Source: a virus (lineage: Duplodnaviria; Caudoviricetes). From it: a stretch of 53,770 nucleotides of DNA. Below the pieces are notes generated by a model. It ran no database searches and was not told where the DNA came from. It saw only the letters and a program-made list of their open reading frames with translations. A program made the translations under genes and the position numbers. Every line of letters begins with the position of its first letter. Position 1 is the stretch's first letter. The stretch spans positions 1 to 53,770 of IMG/VR virus record IMGVR_UViG_3300009684_001705; one strand, written 5' to 3'. Below are positions 25,833-36,125 of the stretch, in pieces.

Positions 25833-27239
25833 CTACATAAGATTATTGACGATAATACGACGATAATAAACGTTAGTCGAGATAGCAAGAGCGCCTGAGC
25901 CCTTTGTTAGACCCTGTGCGAATGGGTTCGCGACAACGCCGTAACGAGTCTTGAAACCAATCTTAGGCTGGAAAGTTGACTGATCAACTGCACGTACCAT
26001 CTGTAGAGGAACGTATGGGCAATAGAATAGACCAGCGTCGAACGCTGACGAACCCTTATAACCAACAGTTAGATAGTTACCACCAAGTGCGTATGGATCA
26101 ATGTAAACCTTGAGGCGACCGTTAAGAACACCAGCGAAAGTATTACCAGTATCATCTACATCGAGCTTGTTGCTGTTAAGAGCAGGAGCGTAGTCAAGAA
26201 CACCGGCCATCTGAAGTGCAGACGCGACGTCTGAAGAACAGATAACGATGTTACCCTTGCCACGACGAGTCTGACGAGCAATAGCATTAGCTTCACGTTC
26301 AAGCTGGAACATAAGACCCTTAAACTTTTCAACTGACCAACGACCGTTTGAGTCAGTGTCAAGATCGAAAACACCAGCAGTCGTAGTATTGTCAGCAGCA
26401 CCAGCAACAGCTGTGATGTTGATAGTACGAACGATTTCACGATTGATTTCCGAAAGGATTTCAGCCGAAAGGATGTTTGCAAGTTCAGTTTCAGCATCAA
26501 GACCGTGAATAGCCTTAAGGTCCTGTGCAAGTTCCATAGTGTACTCGGCCTTTAGAGCACGAGTGTTAGCAGATACAGTAACCTTTTCAATCGAGAAGGC
26601 CATCTGTGGGAATACGTTACCGGAGTCAACACCAAGTGATTCGCCAGCAGCTGTAGTCATACCACCACCAGTGTTATAGGTGTTGGTTGCAGTTAGAGGG
26701 CTAGTGTTGGTTGCGCCTGGGATAGTACCCTTGAAACCAAGACCAAAGTTATTGCTATTAACGCCAGTTAGACCACCAGCACCAGTGAAGGCAGTGTTAA
26801 CTTCATTGTAGAAAGTTTCGTTGTCCTGAACAGAACCGTTCGAGAAAGTAGTGTTTGAACCAGACTGGTTAGAATAACGCGAACGCATCGCGAAAATAAG
26901 ACCAGTTGGGCCAGTCATTGGCTGAACGCCGCAAATGTCATAAGCAATGAGGTTAGGCATTGCACGACGTACTAGAGAGATAAGAACTGGATCGAAAGTA
27001 TCGATACCACCAGAACCAGCAGTAGACGAAGAACCGCCCATTGCGTTGACTGGGAGACCAGATGATGTTTCTGTAAGAGTTTGATAAGAACCATGAGCAG
27101 ATGACTCGATAAGAGCTCTCTCAGTGTTCTCAAGCATGATTGCGGTTACGGAACGGCGATGCTGATCCTTGATGATGCCAAGAGCGGCGTGATCGAGCAC
27201 AGGTGCCCACTTGTTTTGAATTGCCTCAGCTAGATACAT
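25833..27239 (-). CDS. gp23: major capsid protein
   Basis: DPVLISLVRRAMPNLIAYDICGVQPM, KAEYTMELAQDLKAIHGLDAE, FQPKIGFKTRYG. Confidence 0.99.
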   Translation of the reverse strand: MYLAEAIQNKWAPVLDHAALGIIKDQHRRSVTAIMLENTERALIESSAHGSYQTLTETSSGLPVNAMGGSSSTAGSGGIDTFDPVLISLVRRAMPNLIAYDICGVQPMTGPTGLIFAMRSRYSNQSGSNTTFSNGSVQDNETFYNEVNTAFTGAGGLTGVNSNNFGLGFKGTIPGATNTSPLTATNTYNTGGGMTTAAGESLGVDSGNVFPQMAFSIEKVTVSANTRALKAEYTMELAQDLKAIHGLDAETELANILSAEILSEINREIVRTINITAVAGAADNTTTAGVFDLDTDSNGRWSVEKFKGLMFQLEREANAIARQTRRGKGNIVICSSDVASALQMAGVLDYAPALNSNKLDVDDTGNTFAGVLNGRLKVYIDPYALGGNYLTVGYKGSSAFDAGLFYCPYVPLQMVRAVDQSTFQPKIGFKTRYGVVANPFAQGLTKGSGALAISTNVYYRRIIVNNLM

Positions 27240-27276
27240 TTAATTTCCTTTCGGTGTAATAAGATATTGTTCAATT

Positions 27277-27284
27277 TATTTATA
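27277..27284 (-). promoter_or_regulatory. T4-type late promoter for gp23
   Basis: TATAAATA upstream of gp23. Confidence 0.8.
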
Positions 27285-27289
27285 TAAGA

Positions 27290-28822
27290 TTAGTTCTTAA
27301 CTGTTTTCGAAATTGCTTGAACGTAACGATTTACATTTGGATCGACATATTTTGAACCAGTTGATTCATATAAATCGCCTTCGAACGTTTCTTCTTCAAT
27401 GTTTGAAGAATAGGTAGTCTCTGTACGGAAATAATTTTCCTTGATGATCATAACCTTACGTGCATAAGTTTCTAAATCGCCGTCAAATTCAATACCTTCA
27501 ACAAGAGCGTTGAATTTATCCTGCTGTGTTAGTGCAAGGTCAGAAGCGATTTCTTCAAGGATTTCTTCTTTCTTTGTTTCAAGAAGATATCCCTTAAGCT
27601 CTGTATTTTCTGTGATGGAATCATCAAGTCTATCTTCAAGAGCATTTACCTTATCGGCAAGAGCTTCGAGAACGTCTACCTGTTCCTGTGGTACAGAAAT
27701 ATAATGTTCAGCGAATAAATTCTTAAGACCTTCCATGAACTCTTCGGCAAGTTCATTACGGAGTGTTGATTCGATCGCTACTTCGTTCTCTTCCATCCAC
27801 TGTTCAACAACGTAGTCAAGGTACGAGTCAAGCTTAGTTGTTATACTTTCATTGAAGTTTTCTAGTTCTTCGCTGATTGCATCTTCATATTCTTCTTCAA
27901 GACGAGCCATTTCGGCGATCAAACGAGCGTTGATTGCAGCTTCAAAAAGAGTTGATGCTTTTTCCTTGAAATCTTCTGATAGTTCTTCACCAGCGAACAT
28001 TTCTTCAACGTCTTCCTTGACGTTAAGCTTTGGCATTGCATCTCTAGTTTTTGGACCAGTAGTTTTAGAAGCGTGTGATGGGCTCATGTCGATTGAAGAC
28101 TGATTTGAACCTGACTTATCGCCAACACCGTAGTTTTTACCTGGACCAAACTGACCCATTACCTGATTAAAAAAATTAACCATGTCGCTTTTTTCCATAG
28201 AATTCATAGTATGCATCATACGAGACATCATACCAATCTTTGAATTATCTAGCGACTTAGGGTCTGAAATTTTTCTTGCACCTGGCTTAAGCGAAGAAGA
28301 AGCCATAGTGTCTTCTTCAAGATCATATTCTTCAGCGTTGAAACGATTACCAACCGCATTAGTCATTTTATCAAAAGCCTTTGCTCCGTACTTTTTACCA
28401 AAACGTTCTTTTGATTTTGCAAATTTATTGAAATTCTTTTCGGCATTTTCTTCATCACCAGCATTTTCGGCATCGATGCCCTTAGCGGCACGGCCAAAGA
28501 TTGTTTTACCAGCCTTTGATTTAGAAACCTCGTCGAGTTCATATTCTTCTTCATAATTTTCTTCTTTTAACATACTTCTAACATGTTCAGCCGCATCTTC
28601 AACAGAATTGTGATGTCTAATTGTTGGGCTGCCCAAACCAGAAATAACATCTTCATCTGATGTTTTTATTTTTCCATTACCCATATCGTGGATTTTAACG
28701 CCATATTCATCATTACCTCTACGACGATGAACATAAGCACCAGTAGATTTAAGACCCGAAAGTTTTGCAATTTGTTTTGCAAGTTGTGCACTTTCAGTCA
28801 GTTCGTTGTAATTATCGGCCAT
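27290..28822 (-). CDS. gp22: prohead core scaffold protein with long N-terminal extension
   Basis: C-terminal LSEDFKEKASTLFEAA..YLDYVVEQWMEEN; position between gp21 and gp23. Confidence 0.92.
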   Translation of the reverse strand: MADNYNELTESAQLAKQIAKLSGLKSTGAYVHRRRGNDEYGVKIHDMGNGKIKTSDEDVISGLGSPTIRHHNSVEDAAEHVRSMLKEENYEEEYELDEVSKSKAGKTIFGRAAKGIDAENAGDEENAEKNFNKFAKSKERFGKKYGAKAFDKMTNAVGNRFNAEEYDLEEDTMASSSLKPGARKISDPKSLDNSKIGMMSRMMHTMNSMEKSDMVNFFNQVMGQFGPGKNYGVGDKSGSNQSSIDMSPSHASKTTGPKTRDAMPKLNVKEDVEEMFAGEELSEDFKEKASTLFEAAINARLIAEMARLEEEYEDAISEELENFNESITTKLDSYLDYVVEQWMEENEVAIESTLRNELAEEFMEGLKNLFAEHYISVPQEQVDVLEALADKVNALEDRLDDSITENTELKGYLLETKKEEILEEIASDLALTQQDKFNALVEGIEFDGDLETYARKVMIIKENYFRTETTYSSNIEEETFEGDLYESTGSKYVDPNVNRYVQAISKTVKN

Positions 28823-28853
28823 TAGAAATGTCTCCTTTAATAGAATTTTAAAT

Positions 28854-28861
28854 TATTTATA
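28854..28861 (-). promoter_or_regulatory. T4-type late promoter for gp22
   Basis: TATAAATA overlapping the gp21 stop. Confidence 0.7.
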
Positions 28862-29534
28862 TAATGCGTGTGTTTACTGTTAATGAAGCCATATAGTCTT
28901 CAAAAATTGTTAGTCGCTGTTCTTCTAATTGAGAATGTGACATTTTTCTAACAGCTTTTTTAATACCTTCGGCCTTTTCTTCGAGCCAAGTATCTTTGAT
29001 TGGATCATAAATCCATTCAACGCCTTCCATAATACCTTCGACGAAAGCATGTGGAGCCGATGGGTCATGAACAATATCCGCTGCTGTTGCAAGACGATAG
29101 TCGCCCTGAACTTCCATAATTCCATCTTTACCTGGCTTGAGCGAACCCATACCACGTGAAGAAACACCAATTTTACCACCAGACTTTAAAATACCTTTGG
29201 CAATATTTCCCATTGGAGTATCAGTAAGTTTCGCCTTACCAATATAATTACGACCGTCTTTTTTAAGATCGATAATAATATGAGAAACACGATCAAGATT
29301 AATTGATGGACCTGTAGGATGACCAAGTTCACCAAAAGCACGTGAATGCTTTACCATATCTTTCATATAACGTTCTACTTCTTTATCCAAAACATCAATT
29401 GGATAAATTCGACCATTACGGTTTTTCATATTGCCCTGAAGAAAGATACCATGAATGTAGTGTTCCTTTTCACCGCTTTCTTTAGCTTCTGAAAGGTATT
29501 CTACCTGTTCATTCATTTCGGTAATAAGCTTCAT
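28857..29534 (-). CDS. gp21: prohead protease
   Basis: MKLITE, NRNGRIYP, GELGHP, GVSSRGMGS, DPSAP. Confidence 0.97.
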   Translation of the reverse strand: MKLITEMNEQVEYLSEAKESGEKEHYIHGIFLQGNMKNRNGRIYPIDVLDKEVERYMKDMVKHSRAFGELGHPTGPSINLDRVSHIIIDLKKDGRNYIGKAKLTDTPMGNIAKGILKSGGKIGVSSRGMGSLKPGKDGIMEVQGDYRLATAADIVHDPSAPHAFVEGIMEGVEWIYDPIKDTWLEEKAEGIKKAVRKMSHSQLEEQRLTIFEDYMASLTVNTRII

Positions 29535-29543
29535 TTTAGTTCC

Positions 29544-29786
29544 TTAATATTTATAAGCAATTGATACGGCTTTCATATTAGCACCCGTAATCAAATCTGT
29601 TGCAGACTTTTGCAAAACAATATTTTCAGTGTTAGTAACTGTTAAATTTGCATAAACTAATGCATTTGCAAATGCAACGTTACAAGTTGCGGCAGCACCG
29701 GTGTTAATAATACGAACAAGAGTTGCGTTGGCGACTGAATTTGCTGTGGCGATAGATGTTTCTGCACCTAAAACTTTAATAATCAT
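29544..29786 (-). CDS. small conserved head-module protein
   Basis: 80-aa beta-rich ORF upstream of gp21, TAATG-coupled. Confidence 0.75.
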   Translation of the reverse strand: MIIKVLGAETSIATANSVANATLVRIINTGAAATCNVAFANALVYANLTVTNTENIVLQKSATDLITGANMKAVSIAYKY

Positions 29787-31135
29787 TATACTCTCCCCTG
29801 AGCGACGCCATCGCCTACGTTACCAGAAGAAAATGACATTGGTACATCGGAAGGAGATGATTCTTTTTCTAATTTGTTAGTATTTTTCTTTTTCTTTTTA
29901 CCGCCTTCTAGCATTGGCATTGCTAAATCTTCTTTAACATTACCATATATGATATAATCATGAATACTGCAAATAGAAGCTTTGGCTGTAGCAACTTTAG
30001 CCTGTACCCATGGTTCAATATGCATATTTTTTGGCATTTTTTTAAGAAGCTCACTGGCATCGGCAATCATAGCTTTTAATTCTGTAGTTACCATTGATAC
30101 TTCTTCTTCTGTATCATTATAACTTTTTTCTTCATAAACTTTTTTACCGGCAAGATTATTTTCACGACCGGTCATATACTGAGCAATTTCTTCTGGATTA
30201 GTCAATTTTACTGTTCGTAAATTTCCATTTGCATCAGGAACTAGTTTATGTGGATTCACAGGTCTTCCATAATGTTCATCGGCCTGTCCACGTGCTAAAG
30301 GGCTATTAGGATCAAAATCTTCATGCATTTTTTTATTTTTATTATCAAGCATTCCACGTTTGTTTACAGTAGCCCAAGCAATGTTTTCAGCTTCTTTTGA
30401 AGAATGTCCAGCTTTCTTTTCGTTTGCTGTAATATAACCGACCATACGATCTACTTTGGCGCCTTCTTTAACGGCAATAATTTCAGCAAGACCTTTTTTA
30501 CCACCAAGCAAAAGTTTTTTTTGGGCGCCACATTCACACTCTTCTTTGGAGCAAGTTTCGCACTTCATTCCTTTTGCTTCATAAACTCTACGTCCATTTT
30601 TATAAATTGGATCGCCCAAAATTTCAGTTGCTCTTTGCATTCCTGTCATGCGGTTACCAGCTTTACGATTTATTTCTTTTGACTTTTTCCGAAGTTCATC
30701 GACACTCATACTTACACCAGTTGGTAATACATCTTTTAATATTTTGTTTCTTGATGCTTCTGCACCAGGAAGGTATTTACGACGTAAAAAATCTCGGCCT
30801 TTAGCTGTATCACCAATTTCATCAAGCTCTTCTACTTCTTCATAAACTTTTTGAGCAGCGCCCTGCATATTACCATGACGCTTTTCTTTTTTAGAATTTA
30901 AAGTATAATGTTCTGGGTTACCGGTATATGGTTCGTCTGTATTACCGACACGATCTGCATGCTTTTCAGTTTTATGAGCAGCAACAAACTTCTGTCCCAT
31001 TTCGTCTTTTGGCATGTAGTCGACCCCTGGATCTTCGCCAGTTGATCCAGCTTCGATCGAAGACTTCTTTACGCCCTTAAGGTCGAACTTAGTATCCTTT
31101 GGTGCTGCAATGCTTCTTAGGGGCTTCTTTGCCAT
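29786..31135 (-). CDS. large prohead core / internal polyprotein (gp68 position)
   Basis: Charged 449-aa ORF with repeated ELDE/VYE/MHE putative gp21 cleavage sites; EPWVQAKV segment. Confidence 0.7.
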   Translation of the reverse strand: MAKKPLRSIAAPKDTKFDLKGVKKSSIEAGSTGEDPGVDYMPKDEMGQKFVAAHKTEKHADRVGNTDEPYTGNPEHYTLNSKKEKRHGNMQGAAQKVYEEVEELDEIGDTAKGRDFLRRKYLPGAEASRNKILKDVLPTGVSMSVDELRKKSKEINRKAGNRMTGMQRATEILGDPIYKNGRRVYEAKGMKCETCSKEECECGAQKKLLLGGKKGLAEIIAVKEGAKVDRMVGYITANEKKAGHSSKEAENIAWATVNKRGMLDNKNKKMHEDFDPNSPLARGQADEHYGRPVNPHKLVPDANGNLRTVKLTNPEEIAQYMTGRENNLAGKKVYEEKSYNDTEEEVSMVTTELKAMIADASELLKKMPKNMHIEPWVQAKVATAKASICSIHDYIIYGNVKEDLAMPMLEGGKKKKKNTNKLEKESSPSDVPMSFSSGNVGDGVAQGRV

Positions 31136-31139
31136 TTAA

Positions 31140-31340
31140 CTATTCCTCTGAGTTATCTTCGTAATCGCTTTCATCATCATTAGAATCATACATCTGTTGA
31201 GCGATTTGAATTTTTTTATCGTAAATTGCATTTTGAATTCGGTCAACTACCAAACTACCAAAAGCCTGTTCGAAATCTAAAGGCTTGGCCGCGACAGCAG
31301 CTGAAACTAAATCTTCTAATTCATATTTATATTCTGTCAT
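31140..31340 (-). CDS. gp67: prohead core protein
   Basis: Small acidic ORF directly downstream of gp20. Confidence 0.75.
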   Translation of the reverse strand: MTEYKYELEDLVSAAVAAKPLDFEQAFGSLVVDRIQNAIYDKKIQIAQQMYDSNDDESDYEDNSEE

Positions 31341-31358
31341 ATTATAAATTCCTTTTTA

Positions 31359-33137
31359 TTATTGTGCCCTGCCAGCGCCCATTTGTTTGGCAATATCTGG
31401 GTTTTTAGCAACAATTTGAACAGCAGCTTTATATTTAGATTGATCTTGTATTGAACGTTGATCTTTAGGTTTTTTCTTCATTTGTTCAACAGTTATTATA
31501 GCCTGTCGAACTTCTTCTGCTTTATTTTTATCTTCCGGAGAAGCTGTCTGATCGCCATCTGGTTGTGCAGCACTTTGCTGATCCTGTTGCATCATTTGCA
31601 CATTTTGTTCGATAGTTGGGTTTAACCAACGAGGATCTTGTGACTGCGATTCTTCGGTAATTTGTCCATCCATCTCTTCGATGTCATCATCAGACTGTTG
31701 AAGGATATTTTTACGAATCCATTCATGCGAATAATATTTACCAGCCATATCTTGCATATTACGTGCAAGGTTTGCTCTACCTTCGGTAATTTCATTAGAC
31801 TTAAGTTCAGTAAAATAATTATCTTTTGCAAAGTCGAAACGGATATCCATCATCATTGTTTGGAAATCTTCAATCGTCGTTACACCCTTAAGAACTAACT
31901 GTTTCTCGAGCATTTTAGTAAACAAGTGAGAGAAACGAAGACGTAAACGATCAACGAAACGAGCAAATTTCAATTCGTCACGAGTGATTTCAGTGGCTCT
32001 ACCAATTGAGAACAAAGCGTCTGAATTTAAACGTGAAATAGGCACATTAAGTGTTTGGAGAAACTTTTTTTGAAAATACAGAACGTCGTCCATCTGACCT
32101 AATGTTTGACCACCAGGAAGGGTAGTAACTTCCGTACCTCTTCCACCTTCACGACGAGGAAGCCAATAGTCTTCAAGCATCGTCATAAATTTGCGATCAT
32201 CTCGTACTTCGCCTGTTGAGGCGTCGTAAATTAATCTGTTTTTATGTTTAACCATGATGTCACGAACGTACTGTTCAGCTTTCATCTTTGGTAAATTACC
32301 AACGTCAATATACCAGATACGACGTTCAGGTGCACGTGCAAGTCGATAAATAACTAATGCATCTTCAAGAGTGCGTAGTTGATTCAAAGCTTTAATTGCT
32401 TTATGCATATAAGAAAGAACCATTGTTCCCTGATTGTCAGTTAGACCGGAAACAACATGTAGGATAGAATCTTTGGCGATTTTCAAACCGTTGGTGCTTG
32501 GACCAACTGATTTATTACCATAATTAAATCCTTTATCATTAAAGATAAAATATTCATTAACTACTTTAGATAAAGCCGATTCATTAGTACCTGCACCACT
32601 ACTCATACCAGCCTGAATTCGACGCTTTGAAATTTCTCTAACTTTACGAATTTTACGGGGATCGATATAACGAATTTCTTTGATACCCTCTTTAGGCGCT
32701 TTTTCATCAACAAGAATATGATAATATAGACGACCATCGATATACCAACGACGATAAATTTCATATGCATGTTTATTAAAATCAAGCAATTTTAAACAAG
32801 TTTGAAATTCTTCTCTCACTACTTTTTTAATAGAATCAGAAACTTTAACATTATCAAGATTAATTTGTACGATAATTTCATCATCGATTGAAATAGATTC
32901 ATTTACAATTTCATCAACAGCAGCATCACACTCTGGCTGAAGAGCCATTTCTCTATATTTCGTTACCAATTCTGCTTCGGTACGTACAGTACCATCAAGA
33001 TCAACATATGTACCAAACGCACCACCAGCAGCTACGACTAATGCACCGTCATCCTGTTCTTTAGGAGTAAACGATGGTATCTGCTCTTGATCTTTAAGGC
33101 TTTTGCGTTTAAACTCAAATCCGAATAGTTCTGCCAT
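31359..33137 (-). CDS. gp20: portal protein
   Basis: WYIDGR, EDALVIYRLARAPERR, EDYWLPRREGGRGTE. Confidence 0.98.
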   Translation of the reverse strand: MAELFGFEFKRKSLKDQEQIPSFTPKEQDDGALVVAAGGAFGTYVDLDGTVRTEAELVTKYREMALQPECDAAVDEIVNESISIDDEIIVQINLDNVKVSDSIKKVVREEFQTCLKLLDFNKHAYEIYRRWYIDGRLYYHILVDEKAPKEGIKEIRYIDPRKIRKVREISKRRIQAGMSSGAGTNESALSKVVNEYFIFNDKGFNYGNKSVGPSTNGLKIAKDSILHVVSGLTDNQGTMVLSYMHKAIKALNQLRTLEDALVIYRLARAPERRIWYIDVGNLPKMKAEQYVRDIMVKHKNRLIYDASTGEVRDDRKFMTMLEDYWLPRREGGRGTEVTTLPGGQTLGQMDDVLYFQKKFLQTLNVPISRLNSDALFSIGRATEITRDELKFARFVDRLRLRFSHLFTKMLEKQLVLKGVTTIEDFQTMMMDIRFDFAKDNYFTELKSNEITEGRANLARNMQDMAGKYYSHEWIRKNILQQSDDDIEEMDGQITEESQSQDPRWLNPTIEQNVQMMQQDQQSAAQPDGDQTASPEDKNKAEEVRQAIITVEQMKKKPKDQRSIQDQSKYKAAVQIVAKNPDIAKQMGAGRAQ

Positions 33138-33147
33138 TTAAATCTCC

Positions 33148-33176
33148 AAAATGGAGAGGGAGTTTATTCCCTCTCC
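33148..33176 (-). terminator. terminator after gp19
   Basis: GGAGAGGGA-loop-TCCCTCTCC-ATTTT. Confidence 0.75.
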
Positions 33177-33193
33177 TAAATCACTATTATTAT

Positions 33194-33808
33194 TTAGGCT
33201 GGACCAGATGGACCATTCTGGATCGCACTAGCGCCATAAGTATTTACGCCACCAGCTTTCTTATCGGAAGCTTCGATACCAGGAATCCAGTAATCGTATG
33301 AGAAGTTAACTGTGAAAGTTTCAACCTGATTTGCAGAATCCCAATCAAGAGCAATTGCACCAATCTGAGTTGGGAAAGCACCGATTAAGATATACGAACG
33401 AAGTTCAGAACCGTCTTTACTGTACTGAATAACTTCAAGGTCCTGTTTATACTGTTCTGCAGAAAGAGCAGGATCACGAATGTTTGATACCATGCGATTA
33501 AGCGCATTTGACCATGATTCGAATAATGAACGAACAGCAAAGTCTTCGTCATTCATTACAGTTACTGACCAATCAGTGAACTGACGCTCACCAGCGACCT
33601 TAATTTTACGACCGAAATATGGGATTTCGATTTGTGAAATTGTTGAATCAGGAATTTCAGCTGCGCGACAAACGAAACGGAACTTATCCACTGACACATT
33701 GTCGATGCCAATCCCTGCAGGGACTGACATAAACACGTTGAATAGGGATGGTCTGGTACCACCATATACCAGACCATTTGACTTGAAAGCACTAATATTA
33801 AAAGGCAT
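33194..33808 (-). CDS. gp19: tail tube protein
   Basis: GGTRPSLF, YFGRKIKVAGER.F.DW.VTV.NDEDF. Confidence 0.96.
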   Translation of the reverse strand: MPFNISAFKSNGLVYGGTRPSLFNVFMSVPAGIGIDNVSVDKFRFVCRAAEIPDSTISQIEIPYFGRKIKVAGERQFTDWSVTVMNDEDFAVRSLFESWSNALNRMVSNIRDPALSAEQYKQDLEVIQYSKDGSELRSYILIGAFPTQIGAIALDWDSANQVETFTVNFSYDYWIPGIEASDKKAGGVNTYGASAIQNGPSGPA

Positions 33809-33838
33809 CTATCTTACTCCTCGAGTTTTATTTATTTA

Positions 33839-36082
33839 TTAAAACTTGCCAACAACTTCGGAGAACTGAACGCCAGATGCAACAGCAACGAAGTTAAGCT
33901 GAATGAAGTTAATTGAACGAGCTGGCTTAATATAGATGTCGCCGACGAACTGATTCGTATCAACAATTTGCGGAGTATTATTGGTGTCGTCACAAACAAC
34001 CAAGAAGTCAGTAATACCACGACGACCCTGAATATTACGGAGGTATGGTGTTACGAGATTCTTAAACTGCGATCTTGTGAAAGCATCGTTAAACTCGAAA
34101 AGAGAGTACTTAGCAGCAGTTGAGATAGCCTTTTCAAGAACAATAAACAGACGACGAACGTTAATACGGTCGAAAGCTGATGGCTTTGCCTGTGCAGTTT
34201 TATCACCATAAAGAACAGTGCCCTGACCTGGGAATGTTACAACTGGATTGATGCCATTCTTATAAAGAATATCGCGATCGGCCTTGCGTGGATTATATGC
34301 AAGCTTGACAAGATTTTTAATTTGACCACGGTTGAAACCAGCAGGTGACCACCATGCATCATTAGTATTGTCAGTACGAGCACATAGACCAGCAATGTCG
34401 CCGTTCAATGGAATCCAACGATAAAGATCATTGTAACGATCATATTGATACTTATATCCAGAATCAATTACAGCATATGATGATGAGTGAACCGAATTTC
34501 TCCAAGAAACAAGATTAGTTGCTTCAGTACCAAACGAATTTAATGTTTGTAGTTTATCAGGAGAAACGAATACAACACAGTCTTTGCGAATTTCAGCGAT
34601 ATTATCGATAAGATAATTCGAAAGCTGCCATGAAGAACCAGAAGGTCCAATAGGACGACCCTGAAGAACAAGAGAAATGTCGATATCTTCGGCAGAAGCG
34701 AAATAATCATATGCAGATGCAATAATTGAAAAATTATTTGAAGAAGATTCATCGTAACCATCAGCGCCAAGAGTCATAATAATATTGGCAGGAACATAAT
34801 TGGTTGATGATGTAACAAGGGCCGCATTAGCAGATGCAGAACCTGAACGATCGTTCGCCCACCAAATATATTTTGAATCTTGATTAATTACATCTTTGTA
34901 ATAATTTCCAGTAGTATCAAGATTTTTTGCATCGGTTGCACGTGAAAGACCCTTGAATACTTCAAGAACACTACCAGGAGTTCCAGTAAACTGACCATTG
35001 TCATCAACAACTACAATATGAAGTTCATCTTTGGCGGCAGTATTACCATTTACAAGAACATAATTTGAAATACCAGGAGCAGTGTCGACAACATTATTAA
35101 ATTCCCAATAACGAGATACTGTATTTGTAGAGTATGCAGTATGTAAACGATATGGATCTTGAAATTGCATAGTCAAAGTTGTATTAGTTGAATTAGATAC
35201 AGCATTGATTTGAGTAATTTGAAGATACTGAAAACCAATAGTTGCATTACCAGCAAGAATTTTATCACCAATTACATATTGAGAAACGTTAGCAGAAGTA
35301 TTTGAAATTCCTGCAAAATTGGCAATGGCAACGTTGCTACCAATAGTAAAATCAACATTGGCGCCATAAGAGATATTAGACGAAAATGAATTTGTACTAC
35401 TACAAACTGAAACACGTAGAGAATTACCGATATCACCTGGATACTTAGCAACGAATGCAACATCAGAATCGAAAGAACCATCAAGTGTAGTGTATGCATT
35501 AAGATTAGGTACGATTTGATTTACAAGGTTAGCAACATAAGCATTTGCAGAATTAGTATCGAAACCAACAGCGTTATATGAAGTTTCTGGACGTCCGAAG
35601 TACATAGTAACAGCGCCATTCGAAACACCAGCATTGTTTGACATAGTAAAGGCAGTTGAATTGATAACTGCCGAAATTACTACAGATTTACCAGTATTGA
35701 AAGCAGCGCTGTTAGATACTTGAGTTAGATACATACCAGCGACAAGAGTGGCTGTGTTTGATACAATTACGTTAGCTGAAGCGTTTGTAACGTTCGCAGA
35801 AACAGATGGAGTTACGCCACTGGTGTTAGCAGCACGAACTACATAAAGACGATTTGAGTAAGATAGAAAATTAGCAGCAGTGAAAAATGTTTCTGCATTA
35901 TAATTGTTTGGTTTGCCAAATGTTTTAACGAGAACATTTTCGTTATCAACAAGATATCTTACACCGACTGGACCCCAATGGAATAGGCCCGCAAGTGCAC
36001 CATCAGATGTAGCAACTGCAGGGACAACCGTGGTAAGGTCAATTTCGGTTACATTAACGCCGGGACTTAGTTGGAATGCCAT
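33839..36082 (-). CDS. gp18: tail sheath protein
   Basis: SPGVNVTEID, WWSPAGFNRG, DRINVRRLF, KPARSINFI. Confidence 0.98.
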   Translation of the reverse strand: MAFQLSPGVNVTEIDLTTVVPAVATSDGALAGLFHWGPVGVRYLVDNENVLVKTFGKPNNYNAETFFTAANFLSYSNRLYVVRAANTSGVTPSVSANVTNASANVIVSNTATLVAGMYLTQVSNSAAFNTGKSVVISAVINSTAFTMSNNAGVSNGAVTMYFGRPETSYNAVGFDTNSANAYVANLVNQIVPNLNAYTTLDGSFDSDVAFVAKYPGDIGNSLRVSVCSSTNSFSSNISYGANVDFTIGSNVAIANFAGISNTSANVSQYVIGDKILAGNATIGFQYLQITQINAVSNSTNTTLTMQFQDPYRLHTAYSTNTVSRYWEFNNVVDTAPGISNYVLVNGNTAAKDELHIVVVDDNGQFTGTPGSVLEVFKGLSRATDAKNLDTTGNYYKDVINQDSKYIWWANDRSGSASANAALVTSSTNYVPANIIMTLGADGYDESSSNNFSIIASAYDYFASAEDIDISLVLQGRPIGPSGSSWQLSNYLIDNIAEIRKDCVVFVSPDKLQTLNSFGTEATNLVSWRNSVHSSSYAVIDSGYKYQYDRYNDLYRWIPLNGDIAGLCARTDNTNDAWWSPAGFNRGQIKNLVKLAYNPRKADRDILYKNGINPVVTFPGQGTVLYGDKTAQAKPSAFDRINVRRLFIVLEKAISTAAKYSLFEFNDAFTRSQFKNLVTPYLRNIQGRRGITDFLVVCDDTNNTPQIVDTNQFVGDIYIKPARSINFIQLNFVAVASGVQFSEVVGKF

Positions 36083-36125
36083 TTTCTATCTCTCCTTTTT
36101 ATCGAGAACATATTTTATTTATTTA

